27,257 nucleotides of DNA from the IMG/VR virus record IMGVR_UViG_3300037706_000044, positions 1-27,257 of that record. The stretch is one strand, 5' to 3'. Made by a program: the position numbers and the translations under genes. The DNA comes from a virus (Duplodnaviria > Caudoviricetes). Within the stretch, counting starts at the first letter, position 1. Each line of letters begins with the position of its first letter. The notes beneath the pieces were generated by a model. It ran no database searches and was not told the origin of the DNA. It saw only the letters and a list, made by a program, of their open reading frames with translations. Of the stretch, positions 1 to 7,018 are shown piece after piece.

Positions 1-318
1 GGCCGCTAGCCGCTGCTCTGCTACCTCAGCGCGTCTTTCAGCAACAGCGAGCGATTCAAGTACATCGTCTCGGGCAAGGTCGCGGCTTGCCCGCACTTGG
101 TCGAGTTGCTGCCGCGCGGCGGCCAGGTCGGCCTCGGCGCGCTCGGCGCGTTTGTTAGCGGACCTCCAGACCATGAGACTGATCTGCTCCCGAAGGTTCG
201 TGGCGCCGCCGTGTTCGGCGAGCACCCGCAACACCGCGTCGGCGTGTTCCAGGTAGCGGTCGTCCTGGCTGACCGCCCCGGCGATTGCGTCGGCGATCTT
301 CTCCCGCAGCTCGCTCAT
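1..318 (-). CDS. Hypothetical coiled-coil early protein, truncated by the window edge (MSELREKIADAIAG...)
   Basis: Not in the ORF track; ATG at 318 overlaps the upstream stop (ATGA) and the frame appears open to base 1. Confidence 0.75.
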   Translation of the reverse strand, partial: MSELREKIADAIAGAVSQDDRYLEHADAVLRVLAEHGGATNLREQISLMVWRSANKRAERAEADLAAARQQLDQVRASRDLARDDVLESLAVAERRAEVAEQRLAA

Positions 319-524
319 CCGGCCCTCCTGTACAGGTCGACGACCGTGGCGTCGGCCTCGTCGCGGGCTTTGAGCGCGGCTTCCAGTTCGGCCACCCGCG
401 CCGCCAGGTCCCGCGTGAGGGTTTCCAGCGCGTCGACCCGCTCATCGAGCGCCCGGATCTTGCGGCGGTTGTCTTCGCCGAGGTGGTCCTGCCAGCTTCC
501 GTATCCGCCTGCTACCACGGCCAT
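315..524 (-). CDS. Hypothetical coiled-coil protein, 69 aa (MAVVAGGYGSW...)
   Basis: GGAGG RBS upstream of ATG 524; heptad-like LDERVDALETLTRDLAARVAELEAAL. Confidence 0.75.
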   Translation of the reverse strand: MAVVAGGYGSWQDHLGEDNRRKIRALDERVDALETLTRDLAARVAELEAALKARDEADATVVDLYRRAG

Positions 525-525
525 G

Positions 526-1104
526 TCAATCCTCCACTCCCATCCGCTCATCGCGTGCGGCCTGCTTGCCGCGCCACCACTGCCGCAACTTCCAGTCCAA
601 ATCGCGCAGGTTCTCGTCGAACCAGCGGGCGAACCTGCCCTGCGGCCCGATCTGCACCAGGTCCGGTGCGGGTATGTCCACGACGATCACGGGCCGGGTG
701 GGTGTCCAGCCGCTGCGGGCGTCACGGCCAGGCAGGTCGTCGCTGCTGTCGGCCCGCATGTACGCCTCGGCAGCGTCGGCCCGTTCCTGGTACGCCTCGG
801 CCAGCACATCGCTGGGGCGGCGGGCCGGGGTCCAGCCGCGACGGGGTTCGACCACGACGGGCAGTTCGGCGAACACGAACGGCAGCCCGAGCTCGTCGCA
901 CAGCGCCCGCATCTCGGCGTGCGCCTGCGCGGCCTGCCCTTCGATCCAGGCGGCGAACTCGTCGACGGCGTGCCGCTCGTCGGCGACCCACTTATCGAGC
1001 AGGCCGACGGCGCGGCTATACGGGGCGCTGACGGGGGGGTCCGGTTCGATGACGCGGACCACGGCGTGAGTGCCGGTGTCGGTGCGTTCCAGCGTGCCGG
1101 TCAT
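526..1104 (-). CDS. Hypothetical early protein, 192 aa
   Basis: GGAGG RBS, ATGA overlap with the upstream gene, fits operon tiling. Confidence 0.75.
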   Translation of the reverse strand: MTGTLERTDTGTHAVVRVIEPDPPVSAPYSRAVGLLDKWVADERHAVDEFAAWIEGQAAQAHAEMRALCDELGLPFVFAELPVVVEPRRGWTPARRPSDVLAEAYQERADAAEAYMRADSSDDLPGRDARSGWTPTRPVIVVDIPAPDLVQIGPQGRFARWFDENLRDLDWKLRQWWRGKQAARDERMGVED

Positions 1105-1337
1105 TGCCGGACCTCCTCAGCGGGGTACTTATAGAAGGGCTGGCGGCGTTGGCGCCGCTGTTTGCGAATAGCTCTCACGACACCTCGACGGGTGACTGCA
1201 ACATCGAAGACATGGCAGTGCAGCCAATGCTCTGTGGGGTCGGCTGAGCCTTCGCAAATCGTGTAGCGGAACCACACGCCGAACAGCCGCTGCAGCCAGG
1301 GGCCGGGACCTTTGTCGTGGATGTGGTACTCGGTCAC
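1101..1337 (-). CDS. Hypothetical protein, 78 aa
   Basis: AAGGAG RBS, GTGA overlap. Confidence 0.7.
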   Translation of the reverse strand: MTEYHIHDKGPGPWLQRLFGVWFRYTICEGSADPTEHWLHCHVFDVAVTRRGVVRAIRKQRRQRRQPFYKYPAEEVRQ

Positions 1338-2083
1338 TGCTGCTCCTTGTCGCTGGTGGTGTGCGGGTCGGGGTCGGCCACCGGGGCCAGGGCGACACGC
1401 GTCGGGCAGGGCTGATCGGCTTTACAGATGGCACAGACGCGATGGTCCGCATTTCCGAGCCTCGGATTGTCGTGGTGCAGTTCGAGCGCGGCGTCCACGG
1501 CGGCGCGGAGGCGGTCACGGTCCTCCTCAACCTGTTCGGCCCGCTCCTGCCATTCGTGCAGCACCTGGCGGCGCCACTCGTGCTCCTCCATGACAGTGGC
1601 CTTGAGTTTCGCCACGCGCTTGGCCCGCAACCGGGTCTCGTGGTCGCCTTCCACGCCGAGACTGCGCTGATGCGCCGCCACATCAGCTAACGACCCCATT
1701 CCAGCGGCGAGTTCGAGTTCATCGAACCAACCACGCAGGCGGTCACGTTCGGCAACCACCTCAGCCGGCTCGGCGAGCGCCCGCAACACCGCGTCGGCGC
1801 AGCATTCGGCCTCGTCGGCAGGCGAGTCGCCGCCGAACACGTGCTCGCGGATAGTGTCGGCTATCACCTGTCGCAGCCCGTTCACACATGCCCCCCGATT
1901 GACTCGACGGGCATGTCTTCGGTCCAAGACAGCCCGATCGGATTTCCAATCGCCGATGAGCAGGCTGATCGCCTGTAACCGCTCGGTTGGCGTGAGTGGC
2001 GTATCCGTGTGGGTGGCGAAGAACTCGATGGTCTTGAGAACGTCTGTCGCGTCGGTCAACGCAGCGACGGTGCGGTCGGTCAT
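1334..2083 (-). CDS. Hypothetical early protein with coiled coil and C-terminal H-x-CxxC-x4-PCPT putative zinc site
   Basis: AAGGAG RBS; LHH...CAICKADQPCPTRVAL motif typical of actinophage early genes. Confidence 0.75.
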   Translation of the reverse strand: MTDRTVAALTDATDVLKTIEFFATHTDTPLTPTERLQAISLLIGDWKSDRAVLDRRHARRVNRGACVNGLRQVIADTIREHVFGGDSPADEAECCADAVLRALAEPAEVVAERDRLRGWFDELELAAGMGSLADVAAHQRSLGVEGDHETRLRAKRVAKLKATVMEEHEWRRQVLHEWQERAEQVEEDRDRLRAAVDAALELHHDNPRLGNADHRVCAICKADQPCPTRVALAPVADPDPHTTSDKEQQ

Positions 2084-2277
2084 GGCTAGACTCCTTCGTG
2101 TAGGTAGCGATCAGGTCGGGCACGGGGAAGGCTTGGCCTGGTCGCTGCTTGCTTTTCTGTTGTCACCGCTACCGGGGAGCCGGGACTTGCAGGGGGGTTC
2201 CGGCTCGACCCGGCAGCGGCGTGGTTGCGGGGCGGGTGCCGGAGCTGGTCGAGTCACTGGCTGCTCGCCCCGCGGTC

Positions 2278-2397
2278 CTAGGGGTCGGGGTCGTCCCCGA
2301 ACGGCCGGCCGCGTGGCTGCATCGCCAGCGAGGCGCCGACGGCGATCATCAGCAGGGACCCGGCGGCGATGGCGAGCCAGGCGAGTAGGCCGGTCAT
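2278..2397 (-). CDS. Small membrane peptide, 39 aa (MTGLLAWLAIAAGSLLMIAVGASLAM...)
   Basis: ATGA overlap with the upstream stop; single hydrophobic helix. Confidence 0.6.
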   Translation of the reverse strand: MTGLLAWLAIAAGSLLMIAVGASLAMQPRGRPFGDDPDP

Positions 2398-2675
2398 GCC
2401 GTCACCGCCCGTGTTGCCAGGTATTGCTTCCGCTGATACGCGGCGTGGGCCTCTGAGCATTGCCTGCAGCGGCAGCCATAGTTCTGATACGTGGAGTCCT
2501 TGCCGTGTCGCGGATCGTCGGCTGGCAAGGACCGCTCCTGGCGGCGATTCCGGCAGTACTCAGCCCATGCGGCGCGGCATTGCTCGCAGCGGCAGCCATG
2601 GTTCGTGTAGCTGCTTGTCAGTCCGTGCCGGGGGTCACCGTCCCCTGGCCGAATACGATTGACGATCTCGCTCAC
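2394..2675 (-). CDS. 93 aa protein with two HG-x4-Y-x3-GCRC-x2-C putative zinc-finger repeats
   Basis: GTG at 2675 overlaps the upstream stop; DPRHGLTSSYTNHGCRCEQC and DPRHGKDSTYQNYGCRCRQC. Confidence 0.8.
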   Translation of the reverse strand: MSEIVNRIRPGDGDPRHGLTSSYTNHGCRCEQCRAAWAEYCRNRRQERSLPADDPRHGKDSTYQNYGCRCRQCSEAHAAYQRKQYLATRAVTA

Positions 2676-2926
2676 ACCGCCACCGCCGTCTCCTGCGCGG
2701 CGAGCCGCGCCCGCAGTGTCGCGATCTCGAACTCGTACCCTGCGCGCTCGCGGGCGGCCGCGGCCCGCACCGCCGCCAGCTCGCGGTACAGGTCGGTGTC
2801 GACGATGTAGGCGTCGACCATGCGCGCCAAGTGCGCGCCGTGCTCGGCGGGCGTGGTCCACGACTGGTCGGCGTGGATGTGGGCTGCATAGTCGATGAAT
2901 GCGGCCAGTAGTTCTTGGCGCGGCAT
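2672..2926 (-). CDS. Hypothetical protein, 84 aa
   Basis: AAGGGGGA RBS; fits operon tiling. Confidence 0.75.
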   Translation of the reverse strand: MPRQELLAAFIDYAAHIHADQSWTTPAEHGAHLARMVDAYIVDTDLYRELAAVRAAAARERAGYEFEIATLRARLAAQETAVAV

Positions 2927-2948
2927 GGTTCCCCCTTCTGGTTGTCGA

Positions 2949-3086
2949 TCAGATCTGCTTGCCTGTTGGCTTCTGCGGCGGCGCCGGCGGCCGTGGTAGT
3001 GGCCGCAGCGGCACGGGCGGGTTCTTCACCGGCTCGTCATTGATCGGCTTCGGCGATGGCTTGGGCTGGTTGCCGTTGCCGGTCAT
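2949..3086 (-). CDS. Proline-rich peptide, 45 aa (MTGNGNQPKPSPKPINDEPVKNPPVPLRPLPRPPAPPQKPTGKQI)
   Basis: Translated by hand; ATGA overlap with the upstream stop; fills the gap in the operon. Confidence 0.55.
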   Translation of the reverse strand: MTGNGNQPKPSPKPINDEPVKNPPVPLRPLPRPPAPPQKPTGKQI

Positions 3087-4069
3087 GACACGAGCTCTTT
3101 CTCGTGCGCTGCTTCGACCGTGCGGAGCAGCGCGGATTTGACCTCGTACTTCAGGCCGTTGTGGGCCGCGCGGTGACGAGCGGATAGCCAGGCCAGCCGG
3201 TATCGGTCGCGCTCAGCGACGAGTTGCGCTCTCGTTGGCCTGCGGTTCGTCGTGTACCCACTGACGATCTGCCGGACGCGTTCGCGGGTGAGCCCGACCT
3301 GCTCCCCGATCCGATCCAGGGTGAAACCCTGGCGGCGGACGGTTCTGATTAGTCGATTGCGCTCCTCGGAGTTCTCCGCGCCGACGAACATGGCAAGGGC
3401 CGTGAACTCTGGCGTTGGTTCCTGCTGCCAAGGCGAGGGCGGCTTAACGCCCAACTCCGCGAATTGGCTGCGTACATAGTTCGCCGAGGCACCCGTGCGG
3501 GCCGCGATTTCAACTGCGGGCAAGCCTTGAGGGATCAGTTCGCGGACTTGTTCCCGAATCTGCTTGCGGCGCGCTCTCCGTTCAGGCTTGTGGCCGACCG
3601 CCCTGGAGCAGTCATCGCAACGGCAGCCCCAGTTGTAATAACCGCCCCTGGTGCCGTGCGGCTTGTCTTCGCGTGCCACCCGCCGCCGCTTGCTCTCAAA
3701 GTTGTACTCCGCGTTGGCCTTCCTGCACGCGTCGCATCGGCACTTGTGATTCGAGTATCCGTTCAAGGTGCCGTGTCGTGGATCGCCGGGGCCGAGTTTG
3801 GATTTAGGGGGAGCTGGCCGGGCCGGCGCGGATGGTGCATCGGGCAGGTCGTCGAATGTGTGACCCCTCGCCGCGTCGATCCAATTCGTGACGGTCGTGT
3901 AAGGAGTCTCGAGCGCGTCGCCGATTGCGGCTTTGGTCCATCCAGCGTCGGACAACTTTGCGACGTAGGCGTGGAACCGGGGTCGGCTCGGGTCATAACG
4001 CTGTGTCTGAGGGCGTAGCTCACGGAGTGCGTTAGCGGCCTCTTCGGGGAGTTGCTGCCGCGTCCTCAC
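3083..4069 (-). CDS. Multi-domain DNA-binding protein (HTH, two CRCxxC fingers, HTH, sigma-70 region 4-like HTH), 328 aa
   Basis: GTG 4069 overlaps the upstream stop with a GAGGTG RBS; GWTKAAIGDALE, two HG...CRCxxC motifs, GFTLDRIGEQVGLTRERVRQI. Confidence 0.8.
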   Translation of the reverse strand: MRTRQQLPEEAANALRELRPQTQRYDPSRPRFHAYVAKLSDAGWTKAAIGDALETPYTTVTNWIDAARGHTFDDLPDAPSAPARPAPPKSKLGPGDPRHGTLNGYSNHKCRCDACRKANAEYNFESKRRRVAREDKPHGTRGGYYNWGCRCDDCSRAVGHKPERRARRKQIREQVRELIPQGLPAVEIAARTGASANYVRSQFAELGVKPPSPWQQEPTPEFTALAMFVGAENSEERNRLIRTVRRQGFTLDRIGEQVGLTRERVRQIVSGYTTNRRPTRAQLVAERDRYRLAWLSARHRAAHNGLKYEVKSALLRTVEAAHEKELVS

Positions 4070-4263
4070 GATGCCTTCACCTCTTCCTGCTTGGCCAGGT
4101 AGGCGATGACGGCGCTGCGCCGGATGAGGTAGATGCCGTTCGCGGCGGAGAGCCGTTCGGCGTATGGGATGTCGCCGTCCTTGACGAGCCGGGAGACCGT
4201 GCGGGCGCTGCGGCCGATCATCTTGGCGACGTCGCCTGTGGTCAGCAGTTCGTCCTGTCTCAT
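4066..4263 (-). CDS. Cro/excisionase-like HTH (HTH_17/MerR-like) protein
   Basis: LLTTGDVAKMIGRSARTVSRLVKDGDI; first gene divergent from the repressor. Confidence 0.85.
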   Translation of the reverse strand: MRQDELLTTGDVAKMIGRSARTVSRLVKDGDIPYAERLSAANGIYLIRRSAVIAYLAKQEEVKAS

Positions 4264-4271
4264 AATCCAGC

Positions 4272-4300
4272 ATCATGCTCGCCCTTGACGGTCATGTCAA
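4272..4300 (-). promoter_or_regulatory. Early lytic promoter TTGACA-N17-CATGAT, probably leaderless
   Basis: -35 at 4300-4295, -10 at 4277-4272, ATG 8 nt after the -10, no RBS. Confidence 0.75.
4286..4294. promoter_or_regulatory. Putative operator TGAC-G-GTCA, copy 1
   Basis: Palindrome in the promoter spacer, repeated exactly at 4367-4375. Confidence 0.65.
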
Positions 4301-4359
4301 GAGTTGGCATGATGCGAGTGTCGAGCGGGAGGTGAGACGAAGTGTCGGGACGCTACCTA

Positions 4360-4388
4360 TTGACTCTGACGGTCAAAGGACGCATGAT
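4360..4388 (+). promoter_or_regulatory. Repressor promoter TTGACT-N17-CATGAT, probably leaderless
   Basis: -35 at 4360-4365, -10 at 4383-4388, ATG 4396 is 7 nt after the -10. Confidence 0.75.
4367..4375. promoter_or_regulatory. Putative operator TGAC-G-GTCA, copy 2
   Basis: Palindrome in the promoter spacer, identical to 4286-4294. Confidence 0.65.
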
Positions 4389-4395
4389 GGCTTAC

Positions 4396-4809
4396 ATGAG
4401 TGAGGCGACCGTTACCACGCACCAGGGGCAGATCCCCGCGTGGACCCTCGGATGGAAGCTCAAGCGGGCACTCGACCACGCCGGCCTGTCCGCGCAGGAG
4501 ATGGCCGCAGAGTTGGGCGTGCACGTCGGCACCGTCAGCCGGTGGATGAACGACCGCGAGACACCGCGCCGCGCCTACGTGATGGCGTGGGCGTTACGGT
4601 GCGGAGTGTCGTTCGGCTGGCTCAGTGAAACGGACGTAACGCCCATCCAGCAGGTAGATATATCAGGACAAACACCTATACCTGCTGGTATACCAGGCCA
4701 ACCCGTGGCGACTCCCGGTCACGCGCCTGTCGAGAACGAAATCACCCGGCTCCGCAAACGCATTCCGCTGAACCCGGCGCTGGCATTAGTTCTGAGGTTG
4801 GCGGCATGA
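4396..4809 (+). CDS. Immunity repressor (XRE/HTH_3) with ssrA-like C-terminus (-LRLAA)
   Basis: IPAWTLGWKLKRALDHAGLSAQEMAAELGVHVGTVSRWM...AWALRCGVSFGWL; divergent from the cro-like gene and upstream of the integrase; start chosen from the promoter position. Confidence 0.88.
   Translation: MSEATVTTHQGQIPAWTLGWKLKRALDHAGLSAQEMAAELGVHVGTVSRWMNDRETPRRAYVMAWALRCGVSFGWLSETDVTPIQQVDISGQTPIPAGIPGQPVATPGHAPVENEITRLRKRIPLNPALALVLRLAA
4647..4696. repeat. Nested inverted repeats inside the repressor gene, candidate attP
   Basis: CCAGCAGGTA (4647-4656) / TACCTGCTGG (4679-4688) around an AT-rich 22 bp spacer; TATAC-N6-GTATA (4677-4692); perfect palindrome CTGGTATACCAG (4685-4696). Confidence 0.45.
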
Positions 4810-5087
4810 GCATCGGCGAGTTCGTCCAGAAGCGCCGCAAGACGCTCGGCATGAGCCAGGCAAAGGTGGCCCGACTGTCCGGGCTACAGCATCAGGGCAC
4901 AATCTCACGGATCGAACACGGTGAACGTCCACTCATGTTCGATGAGGCCGTAGTTCTTTCGGCAGTCTTGGACTTCGATATCGCGGAGATGGCTGCGCTG
5001 ATTCCGCGCCCCGAATTGCCCTGTCCCGTATGTGGTGACCGTCCGCCAGAGGGCTTCGTCTGCAAGCGATGTGGAGCATCGTCATGA
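4806..5087 (+). CDS. XRE-family HTH protein with C-terminal zinc ribbon
   Basis: RRKTLGMSQAKVARLSG...TISRIEHGER; CPVC...CKRC; ATGA overlap with the repressor. Confidence 0.85.
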   Translation: MSIGEFVQKRRKTLGMSQAKVARLSGLQHQGTISRIEHGERPLMFDEAVVLSAVLDFDIAEMAALIPRPELPCPVCGDRPPEGFVCKRCGASS

Positions 5088-5311
5088 GCGCTGACCTGTG
5101 CCCGACCACGGGCGAATTGCACCGTACCGATTGGACCGAATGCGAGCACTGCGGGCAGTTCTGCCACTGCGGCGAACCGATCCACATCTATGAGGACGGC
5201 TTCACCCGCGGTTTGTGCGAGCACTGCAGCGATGTCCGCTGCGATACCTGGGATGGCGATTGTGGTCGGAAAGTTCGGCCCGCCCCCGCATCCCCCGAAC
5301 GGACCATTTAG
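5084..5311 (+). CDS. Cys/His-rich small protein, 75 aa
   Basis: ATGA overlap; CEHCGQFCHCG and CEHCSDVRCD motifs. Confidence 0.7.
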   Translation: MSADLCPTTGELHRTDWTECEHCGQFCHCGEPIHIYEDGFTRGLCEHCSDVRCDTWDGDCGRKVRPAPASPERTI

Positions 5312-5413
5312 ATCATGACTTCCGCCGAACCGCTTCCAACAGTCCCAAGCCAGGAGTACGGTGCGGGGCCTGAGCCGAAGATCCCTGGGGGGGCGATCGA
5401 CGGCAGGGGGACA

Positions 5414-6274
5414 ATGTTCGGCCGGGGGGACCACACCGAGACATGGGCGGCAGCCATCGACGGCTGGACCGCCTCACTACGAGTCAGCAAGTCACCGACC
5501 ACGATCCGGCAGCGCCGCTGGCAGCTGCGCAAGCTCGCCGAGGCGTACCCGCAGCGGCACCCGTTCAAGCTGAGCCTGGACGAGCTCGAGGCGTGGCTCG
5601 GCGGGCAAGACTGGAACGCCGAGAGTCGCAAATCCGCCCGCGGCGCCGTCAGGAGCTTCTACGCCTGGGCGGTCAAGACCGGGCGGGCCAAACGGAACCC
5701 CGCCGAGAAGCTGGACCCGATCACGGTGCCGCGCCGGCTGCCGCGCCCGGCGTCGGACGCGGTGCTGCTGCGCGCCCTCGACGGGGCGGACGACCGGCTG
5801 ACGTTGATGCTGCTGCTGGCGGCGCAGGCCGGGCTGCGGGTGCATGAGATCGCCAAGTTGCGGTGGGACAGCGTCGAGGATGACTGGCTGATCATCCGCG
5901 GTAAGCGGGACACCGAACGGCGGGTCGGCATCCCGGCCCGGCTGCTGGCCGCGCTGGACGCCGAGCACGCCCGCCGCGCCACCGGGCATCTGGGTTCGGG
6001 GTTCCGGTACGGGCACGGCGATCCGGCCGAGTGGGTGTTCCCCGGCAAGCGCGGCGGGATGCACCCGACCTGGGTGTCGCAAGTCATCTCGCACGCCCTG
6101 GGCGACGGCACGACCGCGCATCAGCTGCGGCACCGGGCGGCGACCGTCGCGCTGGAGGGGACCAAGAACCTGGCGGCGGTGCAGGACTTCCTGGGCCACG
6201 CCAAGCCTGAGACGACTCGTATCTACGCGAGGGTCGGCGACGACGCGCTGCGCGCCGTGGCCGACTCGCTATGA
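5414..6274 (+). CDS. int: Tyrosine integrase, short form without an apparent arm-binding domain (alternative start 5315)
   Basis: Catalytic motifs GLRVHEI, RGK, HQLRH, LGHAKPETTRIY; SAM-like N-terminal region; AGGGGGA RBS before ATG 5414. Confidence 0.93.
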   Translation: MFGRGDHTETWAAAIDGWTASLRVSKSPTTIRQRRWQLRKLAEAYPQRHPFKLSLDELEAWLGGQDWNAESRKSARGAVRSFYAWAVKTGRAKRNPAEKLDPITVPRRLPRPASDAVLLRALDGADDRLTLMLLLAAQAGLRVHEIAKLRWDSVEDDWLIIRGKRDTERRVGIPARLLAALDAEHARRATGHLGSGFRYGHGDPAEWVFPGKRGGMHPTWVSQVISHALGDGTTAHQLRHRAATVALEGTKNLAAVQDFLGHAKPETTRIYARVGDDALRAVADSL

Positions 6275-6290
6275 AGGAAAGGTGAAGATC

Positions 6291-6431
6291 ATGTGCGGTT
6301 GCGAACAGCACCGATACGACTTGCCCTGGCAGCTACGGCCCTGGATGGCATGCACATGCCGATGTGCGAATCACGACGGCATTCGCATAGAACACGCGCG
6401 CCGAACCCCCAAGGACGACAGCAGAACCTAG
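6291..6431 (+). CDS. Cys-rich peptide, 46 aa (MCGCEQHRYDLPWQLRPWMACTCRCANHDG...)
   Basis: Translated by hand; AAGGAAAGGTGA RBS; not in the ORF track. Confidence 0.5.
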   Translation: MCGCEQHRYDLPWQLRPWMACTCRCANHDGIRIEHARRTPKDDSRT

Positions 6432-6434
6432 ACC

Positions 6435-6471
6435 CCTGTCGGCGGGATCCGTACCCCGGCCCGCCGACAGG
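6435..6471 (+). promoter_or_regulatory. Stem-loop (terminator or translational control element)
   Basis: 12 bp stem CCTGTCGGCGGG/CCCGCCGACAGG; loop GTACCCC is complementary to downstream GGGGTAC copies. Confidence 0.5.
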
Positions 6472-6507
6472 CCAAACCGTAGGGGTACGCAACAGAAGGG
6501 GTACAAC

Positions 6508-6834
6508 ATGACCACCAACGACCCGTATCAGACCAACGAGCGTGAGCCGGAACGGATCTACGTTGACCGGGACATCGCTCACTGGCAGACCTATCCAGCG
6601 CCCCAGCCCACCAACGGGCTGGCCGTCGCCGCGCTCGTGCTCGGCATCGTGTGGGCGTTCTGGATCGGCTCGGCGCTGGCCATCGTGTTCGGCCACGTCG
6701 CGCTGGGTCAGATCCGGCAGCGGAACCAGTCCGGTAAGGGCATGGCGGTGGCTGGGCTGGTGCTCGGCTACGTCGGCGCGGGCACGTTCGCGCTATTCGT
6801 CGTGCTGCCGCTGCTACTGGGGGCGGGGGCATGA
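6508..6834 (+). CDS. DUF4190-like two-TM membrane protein
   Basis: TNGLAVAALVLGI...AIVFGHVALGQIR...GKGMAVAGLVLGY signature; AAGGGG RBS. Confidence 0.88.
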   Translation: MTTNDPYQTNEREPERIYVDRDIAHWQTYPAPQPTNGLAVAALVLGIVWAFWIGSALAIVFGHVALGQIRQRNQSGKGMAVAGLVLGYVGAGTFALFVVLPLLLGAGA

Positions 6835-6835
6835 G

Positions 6836-7018
6836 ATGAACACAGAATTGCGTACAGACCGCATAACTATGTGCGTGTTGTCATCGCTCGCTGCAAATGC
6901 AGCGGCCGTCGCCAGCGCTGTGCACTTTCAGCAAGGCGAAGTGCCATCCGGTGTGATCTTCGCCATCACGGCAGCCGTCTGGACGGTTGTCGTCGGCTTG
7001 ACGGCGGCACGGGGATGA
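6836..7018 (+). CDS. Small membrane protein, 60 aa
   Basis: Two hydrophobic segments; tiles between its neighbours. Confidence 0.6.
   Translation: MNTELRTDRITMCVLSSLAANAAAVASAVHFQQGEVPSGVIFAITAAVWTVVVGLTAARG

Noticed and set aside
97-1134. 345 aa plus-strand ORF and many other long overlapping ORFs (e.g. 9923..10921, 15667..16665, 18388..19536, 22691..23848)
   Set aside because: Shadow frames of high-GC genes; no recognisable motifs, and the opposite strand tiles cleanly with RBSs and overlaps
4070-4276. N-terminal extension of the 397 aa ORF 3083..4276
   Set aside because: Overlaps the cro-like gene entirely; GTG at 4069 has an RBS and stop/start overlap
4342-4395. Longer repressor start at 4342
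   Set aside because: Lies upstream of or within the predicted promoter; ATG 4396 fits a leaderless start
5365-5430. Clustered G-runs around the integrase start as a G-quadruplex
   Set aside because: Loops are long, one run is the RBS, and G-runs are expected at this GC content
4620-6507. tRNA gene or tRNA-derived att core near the integrase
   Set aside because: No T-arm (GGTTCGA-x-TCC) or cloverleaf found by eye; tRNAscan-SE or Aragorn would be needed to exclude it fully
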